64,000 nt of DNA from Chiloscyllium plagiosum (lineage: Eukaryota), in assembly GCF_004010195.1 (NCBI RefSeq), contig NC_057720.1:36274140-36338139 (forward strand), written 5' to 3'. Below are positions 49,720 through 61,952 of this stretch, piece after piece (position 1 is the first letter of the stretch; each line of letters starts with the position of its first letter). The position numbers and the translations under genes were made by a program. The notes below the pieces were generated by a model. It was not told where the DNA came from, did not search any database, and saw nothing but the letters and a program-made list of their open reading frames with translations.

Positions 49720-51590
49720 TAAGTTAAAAATCACTCGACACCAGGTTATACTCCAACAGGTTTAATTGGAAGCACTAGCTTTCGGAGCACCGCTCCTTCA
49801 TCAGATGGTTGTGGAGTACATAATTGTAAGACACAGAATTTATAGCAAAAGTTTACAGTGTGATGTAACCGAAATTATACACTGAAAAATACCTCGATTG
49901 TTTGTTATGTCTCTCATCTGTTAGAATGACCATGTTAGTTTCACTTCTTTCATATGTAAATCACAAAACTTTTTTTTAAAGTAACACTCTCAGGGTAACT
50001 TTAACAATTGGTGTCAGCCCAAATAATATGCTGAAAGTGTTAGCCCCCTGTGTGCTGTTGTCTGTGCCATAATGTTTAGACAGATTCTAATCTAAAAATG
50101 AGTTCACAGTCTTGCATAGATTCATGCAGTTTTTGAGCAAAGTACAATGTAACTCTGCAAGTACAAATTCACACCACAAATGTATATGTGTGTGTGTGTG
50201 TGAGAGACAGAGTGAGAGAGAGAGTGCCTGTGTGTGTGTATATCTAGGGTGGGGGGTTCTAAGTGTTCGTGAGAGAGTGTATATGTGTGTATGAGTATAA
50301 AGGGGTCTAAGCCTGTGAGAGGGTGCATGTGAGAGTGTAGGAGTGTGTGTGTGTGTGTGTGTGTGTGTAGTGCAATGGTGGTCACCTGTAGTGTGACATG
50401 AACCCAAGGTCCTGGTTGAGGCCCTCTCTACGAGTACCGAAATGAGCTATCAGCCTCTGCTCAGCCACTTTTCGCTGCTGCCTGACCCTAAGTCTACCTT
50501 GGAGGATGGTCACCTGAAGGTCAGAGGTCAAATGTCCTGGACCACTGAAGTGTTCTCCACCTGGGAGGGAACACTCCTGTCTGTTGATTGTTGTGCGGTG
50601 CAAATTCATCCGATGCCATAGCCTCTGCTTAGTTTCACCAATGTACCATGCCTTAGGATATTCTTGCCTGAAGCGTATGAGATAGACAACATTGGCTGAG
50701 TCGCAAGAGTACCTGCTACATGCATGGTGGGAGGTGTCCCCATGTGTAATGGTGGTATGCATGTCCACACACTGACATGTCTTGCAGTACCTACTGTTAC
50801 AGGGTTGTATGGAGTTGTCCTAAAAGCTGGGCAGTTTGCTTCGAACAATGATCTGTTTGAGGTTTGGTGGTTGTTTAAAAGGCGAGCAGTGGAGGTATGG
50901 GGAAGGTCTTGGTGAGGTGCTCATCCTCATTGATAATGTGTTGCAGGCCGCAAAGAACATTGCGTAGTTTTTCAGCTCCTGGGAAATACTGGACAACGGA
51001 GGGTACCCTGTAGTTTGCAGCACATCTGTCTCCCGAAGTCATTACTGTTCCTTGCTGTGGCACGTCGGAACTGGTGATCAAGGAGTTGAGCATTGTACTC
51101 CATTCTTATGAGGGCATCCTTGGGTACTTCCAAGTGCCAGTCATGTTCCTCCTCATCTGAACAGATCCAGTGTACACATAGGGCTTGTCCATAGGGGATG
51201 GCTGTTTTAATATGTTTTGGGTGGAAGCTGGAGAAATGTAGCATTGTGAGGTTGTCTGTGGATTTGCGGTTGAGTGTGGTGCTGAGGTGCCCATCCTTGA
51301 TGGAGATGCATGTGTCCAAGAATGAGACAGATAGTAGAGAGTAGTCCATGGTGAGTTTGATGGTGGGATGAAACTTGTTGATATCACTGTGTAGTTTTAT
51401 CAGTGAGTCCTCGCCATGGGTCTAGAGGAAGAAAATGTCGTCAATGTAGCTGGTGTATAGTGTTAGTTGAAGGTCCTGCATAGTGAAGAAGCCTTGTTTG
51501 AACCTGTGCATGAAGATATTGGCATACTGGGGTGCAAATTTGATCCCCATGGCTGTTCCATGTGTCTGGGTGAAGAACTGGTTGTCAAAG
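49720..51590 (-). mobile_element. 5'-truncated Penelope-like retroelement (RT C-terminus, GIY-YIG endonuclease, (CA)n-rich 3' region, terminal repeat with hammerhead motif)
   Basis: QTHGTAMGIKFAPQYANIFM..YIDDIFF (RT); SFLD..STTLNRK..HPKHIKTAIPYGQA (thumb); NVVYLI..WYIGETKQRL..RMNLH..AEQRLI..GLN (GIY-YIG). Confidence 0.93.
49773..49807 (-). ncRNA. Minimal type-I hammerhead ribozyme motif in the Penelope terminal repeat
   Basis: cat CTGATGA a GGAGC ggt GCTCC GAA AGCT A gtg. Conserved CUGANGA and GAAA, 5-bp stem II, palindromic AGCU stem III and 3-bp stem I. Activity untested. Confidence 0.7.
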
Positions 51591-52741
51591 CTATAGCTAT
51601 AGAACTTATAATTCAATTAATCAGTTACAATTAATTGGGAAAATATAACGGTGATAAATGAAATGCAAAATATTAATAAACGTGGGAGCAAAAAATCCAG
51701 CAAGAAATCAACATGCTAAACATAAGATTAGCACAACTCTCAATGTACATAGCTCAGGGAAATTTGACTCCATCATTATTATGCTTCCAAACCCATCACC
51801 ATCCTCTACCAATACAGACATAGCTAAAAGCAGATTTCCATTTTGACTACACTGAAAAACACACATTTAACATAGTGGTGTACAATTCTCTATCACTGAC
51901 CTTTCCCCATTTATCTGCTGCTTTGCTGCATTTGATGTCTTAGCTGCATCTCTTGTTGTTTACACCTTTTTGATTACACTATAACACAAACATTCTTTTT
52001 TAGGCTAAGTAAACTCTAGCAATTTTCATAAAAATAGAAATATTACATGCAGGTAATGATTGCATCAGCTCACCTGCTAACCTTCAGTCTATGCCTTAAA
52101 ATTTACACCAGAATTGTGCAATATTTGGATCTTAACATTGTCTACAAGGATTGCCAGCAGCAAAGGTTAGTGCATTTTTTTTCTGAGCAGTGGAAATGCT
52201 GCCCAGATTCTAATGTTATTGCCCTAAGTTGTGTTCTTTGTATATATAATTTTAGACATATAGTTAACCAATACTTCTCAATGTTTGATACTTGGTCCAT
52301 ATATTTACAAATTTATTTGATACTTCCAAAACAAAATCTGAGAAATATAATACTCCTGGATTTTTGTGAGTCAGATGTTCCAAATGCAACATAATATATA
52401 TTATATTAATGGATTTATCTTGATTAAATAACTTGAATTGCAGTTTTATTCAAGAATTATAATACAGGGAGCAATATTTTCAGTTCTGAATTCCATGATT
52501 GATTGCTTTAAGTCACACATTTTGTACAAATAAGCAAAGAGATAGTGTGAAACCACCATTGCACTTTAGATAATACTGGTCAAAAATGAAGAGGCGTGTG
52601 TAGAACAGATTACAGGATGGGAAGAATTTACCGAGAGAAAATAATGGAGCACGTGATGGGAGGGAATCACAGGTACGATGTTTATGTTGGGAACTTAATT
52701 TTGGATCTAGTTAATAGTGAATAGAATAGAATTAATAGTTA

Positions 52742-53027
52742 ATAGAATCCCTTGTATGGAAACAGGCCATTTGGCCCAACAGATCCACACTGACCCTCTG
52801 AAGAGTAACCCACCCAGACCCATTCCCCAACATTTATCCCCGACTAATGCATCTAACCTACACACCCCTGAACACCATGGGCAATTCAGCATGGCCAATT
52901 CACCTAACCTGCACATCTTTGGACTGTGGGATGAAACCAAAGCACCCAGAGGAATCCCACAGAGACATGGAGAAAATGTGCAAACTCCACACGGACATTG
53001 GCCCAAGGCTGGAATCGAACCCGGGTC
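52742..53027 (-). mobile_element. HE1-like SINE, head truncated
   Basis: B-box, V-core and tail on the minus strand. Confidence 0.85.
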
Positions 53028-53145
53028 ACCGGAAAATAAAGGACCACAGACGAGAATAGTTAGCAATTAAAGAGTAACCATGGGAGCCAAAGGGTTGAAT
53101 CATCAAAGAAATGGCGAAACATCACTGGAATCCCATAACAGAAGC

Positions 53146-54886
53146 AGAGTCATAGAGATGTACAGCATGGAAACAGACTCTTCGGTCCAACTCATCCATG
53201 CCAACCAGATATGCCAACCCAATCTAGTCCGACCTGCCAGCACCCAGCCCATATCCCTCCAAACCCTTCCTATTCATATACCCATCCAGATGCCTTTTAC
53301 ATGTTGCAATTGTACCAGCCTCCACCACTTCCTCTGGCGGCCGATTCCACACATGTACCACCCTCTGTGTGAAAAAGTTGCCCCTCAGGTCTCTTTTATA
53401 TCTTTCCCCTCTCACCCTAAACCTATGCCCTCTAGTTTTGGACTCACCCACCCCAGGGAAAAGACTTCATTTTTGATCCTATCTATGCCCCTCATGATTT
53501 TGTAAACATCCATAAGGTCACCCCTCAGTCTCCGATGCTCCAGGAAAAGCAGCCCGAGCCTATTCAACCTCTCCCTATAGCTCAATTCCTCTAACCCTGG
53601 CAATGTTCTTGCAAACCTTTTCTGAACCCTTTCAAGTTTCACAACATCCTTCTCATAGGAAGACCAGAATTGCACGCAATATTCCAGAAGTGGCCTCACC
53701 AATGTCCTGTACAGCCACAACACGACCTCCCAACTCCTGTACTCAATACTCTGACCAATAAAGGAAAGCATACCAAACGCCTTCTTCACTATCCTATCTA
53801 CCTGCGACTCCACTTTCAAGAAGCTATGAACCTGCACTCTAAGGTCTTTTTGTTCAGCAACACTCCTGAGGACCTTACTATTACGTGTATAAGTCCCACT
53901 AAGATTTTCTTTCCCAAAATGCAGCACCTCTTAAGCTCACACCCAATCATTTATATAAATGACGAAAAGTAGTGGACCCAGCAATGATCCTTGTGGCACT
54001 CCACTCGTCACAGGCCTCCAATCTGAAAAACAACCTTCTACCACCACGCTCTGTCTTCTATCTTTGAGCCAGTTCTGTATCAAATGGCTAGTTCTCCCTG
54101 TATTCCATGAGATCTAACCTTGCTAATCAATCTCTCATGGGGAACCTTGTCGACACCTTACTGAAGTCCATATAGATCACATCCACTACTTGGCCTCATC
54201 AATCCTCTTTGTTACTTCTTCAAAAAACCGACTCAAGTTTGTGAGACATGATTTCCCATGTACAAAGCCATGTTGACTATTCCTAAGAAGTCCTTGCCTT
54301 TCCAAACACATGTACATACTGACCCTCAGGATTCCCTCCTACAACTTGCCCACCACCAACTTCAGGCTCACTGGTCTATAGTTCCCTGGCTTGTCCTTAC
54401 CACCTTTCTTAAATAGTGGCACCACGTTAGCCAACATCCAGTCTTCCGGAATCTCACCTGTGACCATCAATGATTCAAATATCTCAGCAAGAGGCCCAGC
54501 AATCATTTCCCTAGCTTCCCACAGAGATCTAAGGTACACCTGATCAGATCCTGGGGATTTATCCACTTTTATGCTTTTCAAGACATTCAGCACTTGCTCC
54601 TCTGTAATATTGACATTTTTCAAGATGTCACCATCTATTTATCTACATTTTATGTCTTCCATGCCCCTTTCCACAGTAAACACGGATACAAAATATTCAT
54701 TTAGTATCTCCCCCATCTCTTGTGGCTCCACATAAAGGCTGCCTTGCTGATCTTTGAGGGGCCTTATTCTCTCCCTAGTTACCCTTTTGTCCTTAATGCA
54801 TTTATAAAATCTCTTTGGATTCTCCTTAACTCTATTTTCCAAAGCTATGTCATGTCCCCTTTTTTCCTTCCTGATTTCCCTCTTAA
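53146..54886 (-). mobile_element. HER1/CR1 LINE, 5'-truncated ORF2
   Basis: KENPKRFYKCIK, DKSPGSD, NVVPLFKKG..PGNYRPVSL and LEYCVQFWS motifs, plus a 3' tail. Confidence 0.93.
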
Positions 54887-55014
54887 TAAACTTGAAATAT
54901 TTTTGTCCTTAATGCATTTATAAAATCTCTGGATTCTCCTTAACTCTATTTTCCAAAGCTATGTCATGTCCCCTTTTTTCCTTCCTGATTTCCCTCTTAA
55001 TAAACTTGAAATAT
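54785..55014. repeat. Near-perfect tandem duplication (116 + 114 bp) spanning the LINE 5' junction
   Basis: 54785-54900 and 54901-55014 differ only by a 2-bp indel. Confidence 0.95.
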
Positions 55015-55321
55015 TTTTTGGAAACAAAATTGAGAAGTTAATAGCCTTAACAACTTAGGATGACCAAGCATGCAAGTTCATTAAATCAAAGGAAAAACAT
55101 GATGGAAATGTGGTGTCTGGTAATGATCCAAGCAAAACTAATACTATAACTTGACAAAAATATTAGAGGAAGAGTCACACGACAATGAGTGCACAAGATG
55201 TCTGTAATCCCCCTTAACTCTAAACTAGCAATCTAAAGAAACTATTACATGTCAGACAGGGAATTCTAATACCAGACTTCAAATGACAGTGAATATTGCA
55301 AACATTTTTTTTTAAAAGTCA

Positions 55322-55327
55322 TTTATT
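55322..55327 (-). promoter_or_regulatory. Candidate DMAP1 polyadenylation signal AATAAA
   Basis: tttatt on + (AATAAA on -), about 510 nt after the DMAP1 stop, at the end of an AU-rich repeat-free stretch. Confidence 0.45.
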
Positions 55328-55834
55328 CTATATTGATATTTTCTCCATTACCATAAATGTTTTGTAATTTTTGTACACTTTCTAGTAATTTAACATGGCA
55401 TATATTTGTAATCTTTCTTCGTCAAATTGAAAAATTGTAATAAAAATAAGATCATGCGAGTGATCTTCACTCAGTGATAGCTTCATTGCCCTGTACCAAA
55501 GAGAACAAAACCTTACAAAGAGAACATAATTATACAAATATTAAAAGCACTGTGATCCATTTTGTGAATAAATTTGTCTCATTAATGAAGTCCTGTTAGG
55601 GTATTGTAGAACTTCTCTAGGAAATGGCCTAGCCGTTTTGTTTTGATGTTATGGAGAAGGTACTTGTTACTTCCTAACCACCACCAGATAATTTATCAAC
55701 AGTACGTTCACTGATGTGCCTGATTTCCTGGGGTTCCGGTGGTGTTTTCTGAATAAAATGCAGGAGCATAACTGCTATGTGGTGAGAGATCCGTTTAACC
55801 ACATTTTGTCGACTTCCTAGCCTTTCAAACGAGT

Positions 55835-55894
55835 TCACGGTTTCTTCAATTTCTTTACTGAAGAACAGCTTGATGCAGATTCTCTTCGCTTCCT
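55835..55894 (-). CDS. DMAP1: DMAP1 last coding exon
   Basis: Acceptor attttgattttacag|, phase 0, AGG AAG CGA AGA...CCG TGA = RKRRESASSCSSVKKLKKP*. Matches the remembered human terminus RKRRESASSSSSVKKAKKP and joins in frame to ...PLTPNS across a 5762-nt intron. Confidence 0.95.
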   Translation of the reverse strand, partial: RKRRESASSCSSVKKLKKP

Positions 55895-56161
55895 CTGTAA
55901 AATCAAAAATCAGGATGTAAGATAGCATGCATCAAACAATTTGCATGGCCAGGAACATCTCTAAATTAACTCATAAAAGTCAGACACCAGCTAGAAATGT
56001 GATCTTAAACCAGTAGCAATGAAACAACACTGCCACACGAATAACTACTTTCTAAGAAAAGTGAAGATCTCCTTTCCACACTGACGTTTTCGACAAAACA
56101 AATACATTAATTGGTCTACCAGTATGGATCAAACAATGGAGGTGAAAAAGTGACTAAGACC

Positions 56162-56686
56162 CATAAGACATAGGTGCAGAAATTGGGCCATTCAGCCCAT
56201 CGAGTTTGCTCTACCATTTAATCATGGCTGATAAGTTTCTCAACCCCATTCTCTCACTGTAACCCTTAATCCCCTTGACAATCAGTCCTAAATGTACTCA
56301 ATGACCTAGACTCCACAGCCTTCTGTGGCAATGAATTCCATAGATTCACCACTCTCCAGCTGAAGAAGCTTCTTCTCATCTCCATTCTAAAAAGGTCTTC
56401 CTTTTACTGTGAGGCTGTACCCTCAGGTCCTAGTTTCTCCGACCAATGGAAACATCTTTCCAACATCTACACTATCCAGGCCAGAGTATTCTCTAAGTAT
56501 CAATAAGATCCACCCTCATCCTTCTAAACTCCTTCGAGTATAGACCCAGAGTCCTGAAACTTTCCTCATCTGTAAGGTTTTCATTCCTGGGACCATTCTC
56601 GTGAATCCCCTCTGAACACGCTCCAGGGCCAGTACATCCTTCCTAAGATATGGGGCCCAAAACTGTGCCCAATACTCGAAATGTAA
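56162..56686 (-). mobile_element. CR1 LINE 3' fragment in the DMAP1 last intron
   Basis: FEYWAQFWAPYLRKDVLALERVQRGFTRMVPG. Confidence 0.88.
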
Positions 56687-59600
56687 ATGATAATTAATAA
56701 TAATACATGACAATTAAAGGAAATCTCAATTCATCTGGGATGCATGATGGTTACCATGAGCTTGTTCGCATTTCATCTAGGGTATTATATCTGCCGACAC
56801 CTCAAAAAGTCAAAATGAAAACCCCTGCATTGTTTCAACTAACATTTTCCCTAGAAGAATTTTATTTCAGAACCTTTGCCCAGCTGGAAATGCTAGTAAA
56901 TGGACCATATGCTGCAAAATTTCATTATTTGGACCATAAATGAGAAAACATGGATTCTTGTTGGCAATTCTACCACACAGCAAAACTTCCAAAGTAACAT
57001 ACCTTTCCAGATTTTTTAAAAAAAGATGAGTATAAACTAGCAAACACTAAAGAAACAGATATTAAGAACAGGTTCTACAAATATAGTATATAAAAGGAAG
57101 AGAGTTTCGAAAATAAAAGCTGGTTTCTCAGAGGATGCAGTTGGGAGTTAGGAATGGGAAACAATGAAAACAACAGACTGTTAACATATGTATTTGTCTT
57201 CACGATGATAGAAAATTGCAGTACAGAAGGGAGAGAGGAATTAAAATAATTGTTACAGAAGAAAGAATTTTACTAGTAGAACTGAAGGATAACAGGTCCC
57301 CTGTACTTGGTGGCCTACTGTCTTAAAATAAATTGGAGAAATAATTTGGTTGCAATTTTCTAACATTCTAGATCGTGGAAAGATCCCAGCTGATTAGAAA
57401 ATTGCAAATGTAATAACCTTATTCAACAAACAAGGAAGACAGAAAGCAAAACACCATAGACCAGTTAGCTTTGTCAGCGTTTAGAAAAATGAGAGGCATA
57501 AGATTTAAGGATGTAAGCCATGCTAACAGGATGTTTCGCCTCATGGGGAAATCTAGGAGGTATGATTTCAGAATAAGGGATTCAGTTAAGATGATACTGT
57601 GGATGCATTTGTTCTCTCAGACTGTTGTGAAGGCCAAGTCATTGAAGATATTCAAGGTTGTGATAAAGTTCTGAATTGTAGAGAAGTCCACACCTTTGGC
57701 AAACAGGCAGGAAAGTGGAGTGGAGACAAAAGCAGATCAACCAAGGTTTTATTCAATGGCAGAGGAGTCTTAATGAATTGCATCACCTATCCCTATTTCA
57801 TATTCTCTAATTTTTATCCAATACTGGATTTCAGACAAGCAGTGCAACAAAACAGATGCAGTGGAAGGGTAAAGGTTTACATAGTTTCTGACATTAGATT
57901 CTCTGATGCTGTTTTTGAGACATTTGAAGGATTCCAGGCACAGCCATGTGGGACTTGAATGAGAAGCCTGGTATTGATAGATTAGACAGGAATAGATCCT
58001 GGCAAAGTCAATCCCACTCAGTTGGATAATGAAAAGATGAATGGTATGTTCAACCAAGTCAAAGGATACAGACAGGAGATCAAGATTATTTTTGTTTAGC
58101 GAGAGCTCTTCTTGAGATTTACTCAAGGGCTACTTTTTAAAATGAACAGATTTATTACAACGAACACATAAATTAGAAACAGAAGTAGGCCATTCGGCCC
58201 TTTAAGCCTGATTGGTTAGCTCAGTTGGCTGGATACACAATAACACCAACAATACTAGTTGAGGTCACCATAAAGTCTTTTGAAAATACAAGAACTGACC
58301 TAATTGTGGTTGCTCGGTAATTTTTCAAGCGTTTGAAAACATGAGGTGCTTTTGCATCTTCTTCTCAACCGTCCCTTGCTTGAGAGGTGGTCACCCTTAG
58401 ATTAAACCACCACAATCGATATATCTCTCTACTGCGAGAGCGGTCCTATGTTCCTCAGGAATATGGTGACTTTATGTTTTGAGCACCGTTTCAGATACAT
58501 TAAGGATATGGAGGAACAGTCTACCACAATCATGAAAGATTCATTTGTGAATTTGACACAGGCTATTGCTGTGAGAAGGATGAAAATGAGACTAGAGATC
58601 TGTAAATGACGTTTGAAAGAAAAATGGGTATGCATTTGAAAATTAGTAACACCTTCCAGGACTTTGGAAGGAAAATCAAATTGAAGATTGGACAATGGTT
58701 TGTAATGAAGAGGAATCAAAGGAGTTAGTTTTAGTTTTATGTTAAATCTTTATGCATCTCTCACAAAATGACTCACTTGTCTGTTGGATATTCTTTGCCA
58801 GTTAAAGTTCTAATGTTAATTAGGGAGTTTAAACATTCAATAAAATTCTAATTTCTCTGGTAATACACCAGTGTTTTTCAGATTAAACAACTTGTCAAAT
58901 CTCTCCTTGCACCACTCTCAAAGTAGATACCATGTTACGCATTTCCTACATTAGCTACCATTTTCTTTCTCCCATTCGCTAAGAAAGTCTACTTTTAAAC
59001 ATACAGAGATCCGTTCAAATTCAAGAACCTCAGCCCATTCTTACTCCTCGATTAACCCTTCTACCCTCTTTTGAAAATGATGCAATGACAGTGCTACAGA
59101 GATAGGGCTGGAGAGTGGGACTAGCTGGGTAGCTCTTTCAGGAGCCGGTACAGACACAATGGATCAAATGGCTTCCTTCTGTACGGTAAGATTCCAGATT
59201 CCAATTCAACTTGCCCGACATGCACATTAAAGAGGTTTAAAACACTACAATTGGCATTTCCAAAGGTGCACAACACCTCAAAGTTTTCAAACAGTTGAAG
59301 AATTACCAAGCTACTGTGATTAGGTCAATTCTTGTTTTCTCAAAGTACTGGCAAAATTGCATTTTTGTGAGGTACAAGGGGAGGTAATGTTAAAAACAAT
59401 TTTAGAAGCACTCTAAAATGGTTGTACAGTGAATTGGTTTGACCTTCAATCTTATTCTAATCTAATGCCATTCTCGTTGTTTAATCAGCCAGTAAAGGTC
59501 AGAGCTGTATTTAACATTTTAACTATTTTTTACATCACTGAAAATGGCTTGCAGGATATCTCCACTTCCAAATTTTCAAAAGTGACATTCTGTATGATTT

Positions 59601-59762
59601 TATGCTGATTGATAAAACATATATAATAGGGATCTATTAATATTCTTTAAATATACCAAAAGGTGCTATTCAAGAAGATTCAAGTGCACATCTGCCTTCA
59701 CTAAAGGAGGATGAGTGCCCAAATCATGGAAGATAAGGCAATTTTGACTGTCTTCTACTGGG

Positions 59763-59922
59763 AGAAAGCGAGGACTGCAGATGCTGGAGATCAGAACTGA
59801 AAATGTGTTGCTGGAAAAGCGCAGCAGGTCAGGCAGCACCCAAGGAGCAGGAGAATCGACATTCTCCTGCTCCTTGGATGCTGCCTGACCTGCTGCGCTT
59901 TTCCAGCAACACATTTTCAGCT
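59763..59922. mobile_element. Fold-back Penelope-derived element lacking the ribozyme core, 15-bp TSD
   Basis: TSD ctgtcttctactggg at 59748-59762 and 59923-59937. Arms of about 60 bp pivot at gagaatcgac|attctc. Confidence 0.88.
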
Positions 59923-60659
59923 CTGTCTTCTACTGGGTGCAAACTAATTTGAGGAAAAGCTACTTGATACACTTGGCAAAGAAAACCAACAAGAAAGTAT
60001 ACATTAAGTATCCTGGCACTGGCTGTCTTGGAAAAACCACATAAGATTAAAAGCAAAGAGTGCATTAAGTTGAATCTGACCCTTTTGAAAATAGCCAGCA
60101 AAAGTGACAGACATGAAACAGAAGTGAAGAACTGTTGGCATGAGCAGAGGTTGTTACAGCTGCTGAGAGGAATGCAAGCTTTCTGAATAGGTCTGGTCTT
60201 TTAAACTTTTAACTTTTATATTTCACTCAAAAAATTCCACATTTTCTACAATCCCTGTGGTTTAACAATTGTGTTGGCAGAGAACATGTGGGTGTTAAGC
60301 ATACAATTAATTAGCAATTCAGACTTCATTTTGGCTTTCATTCAGAATCTTTAAGATCCTAAAGCTCTTCTGTATAACAAATTAGGAGCACAAACTTGTA
60401 AACACTCCACAGAACAGCTCATTGAAGCAGGACATATACTGAATTAATGTTGTTTTTTTGAATTTTTCTATGGCAGCACACGTCAACCTAGCAAATTGAC
60501 AAAAGCTAGCCAAATGCTTCAAAGAAAGCTGAAAATGCTAAAACAGACCTGAATTTGTGCTTTAGATCATGTAAAAGACACAAAGTGTAGTGGAGACATG
60601 GAGTTGTGCTGTTATGCTCAACATTCAATTTTAGCAAGATCCTCCTATTATAACATTCT

Positions 60660-61590
60660 GTTCCCTTTGAAATTGCCAATTGTCTTCCCGATCACCTGAA
60701 CCTATATGTACCATTTATGCATGAGGATCCCCAAATACCTCTGTGTTGTCATATTCTCCTGGCGCTTTCTATTTAAATAATATTCAGCTCTATTCTTCTT
60801 GTCAAAGTGCATAAGCTCACATTTGACCACATTATAATCCATCTGCCAAGTTTTCACCCACTCCAGTCAACCTGTCTGTATTTCTACATAGGCTCTGTCA
60901 TCCTCACCACTCATCCTCCCACCTATTTTTTTGTCATCCATAAACTTGGCAATCATGCATTCACTTCATTCATCCAAATATTAATACATTTTGAAATAAT
61001 TCTAGCCAGCATTGATACTGGTGGATCTCCATTAGTTACAGGGTGCCATCTTGAAAATGCCTCCTTCATCCCAACTCTGTCTTCTATCAGATAGCCAATT
61101 TTCTATCCATGCTAATACAATACTCCCAACACCATTAACTCATCTTAGTAAGTAGCCCCAAGTGTGGTACCATATCTTTTAGAAGAATATTCACTTTGTT
61201 CAACTCAGCTTCTTTTTTCAATTTTATACGTTTAAAGAAGCTCTTGCTTTCCATTTTGAAATTACTTGCTACTTTGTCCTCAAAGTCTATTCTTCCCTTT
61301 TAAGTCATCCGTTATTACTTTTTAAAACTCTCTCAATTCTCTAACTTACTGCTAATCTTTGCCACGGTCACAACTGCCTCATGAAACTGTCTCTTTGGAA
61401 ATCCAAATATATTACATCTATTAGCTCTCCTTTATCACTCTTGCTTATACTTCCTCAAAGAGCTCTAAACATTTTGTCAGGCATGACTGCCCCTCCACGA
61501 AGCCATGTTAACTCTGCTTGGTTATATTTTAAATCTAAATCTGCTTTTAATATGACCTTTATAATAGATTCCAACATTTTCCCATAGTAG
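60660..61590 (-). mobile_element. Degenerate CR1 fragments
   Basis: ccatctgccaagttttc, tttgtcatccataaacttggc and ggaaatccaaatatattacatc, which are the reverse of the WQM, AKF.DDK and DVIYLDF motifs. Confidence 0.65.
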
Positions 61591-61656
61591 ACATTATTAT
61601 TTTGTTAGCCATCTACAAATCAAAAGTTTGCTGAACATTTTCAAATCAGTACTTAC

Positions 61657-61952
61657 CGAGTTTGGTGTGAGAGGTGCAGCTCCAACAACATCAATGAATT
61701 GATCTTTTCCTTCCCCCTTAATTTCTTCAGTACTGGTTCCCACAGTTCCCATTGGTCCATCAATGCCAAAACCTTCTCCAGATGCCAAGCTGTTTGTCCC
61801 TGCCTTTGCCAGTGCCTCATATCGATGTCTTAACATTTGAAGCTCATATTCACAATTAGCATATGCCTGCTTCAGTTCATACAATAACACCAAATCACTG
61901 CGGAGTTCGTTGAACATGTGTACAATCTCTTCAGTAGGCATTGGGTTTAGAT
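61657..61952 (-). CDS. DMAP1: DNA methyltransferase 1-associated protein 1, penultimate coding exon
   Basis: Acceptor atttacag|, 296 nt, phase 1 to 0. Translates (D)LNPMPTEEIVHMFNELRSDLVLLYELKQAYANCEYELQMLRHRYEALAKAG...DVVGAAPLTPNS, followed by donor |gtaagt. Near identical to the remembered DMAP1 C-terminal domain. Confidence 0.97.

Noticed and set aside
51690..52340. Cluster of minus-strand splice-like signals that might supply upstream exons for the candidate gene
   Set aside because: The frames I tested contain stops or need an implausibly short 49-nt intron.
55674..55928. 84-aa minus-strand ORF that looks protein-like
   Set aside because: It is an alternative frame over the true DMAP1 last exon and 3' UTR. 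The upstream donor is phase 0 and selects the RKRRES frame.
7223..59922. Palindromic repeats as CRISPR repeats or DNA-transposon MITEs
   Set aside because: The context is eukaryotic, the copies are dispersed rather than arrayed, the arms are asymmetric, and the long variable TSDs fit retrotransposition.
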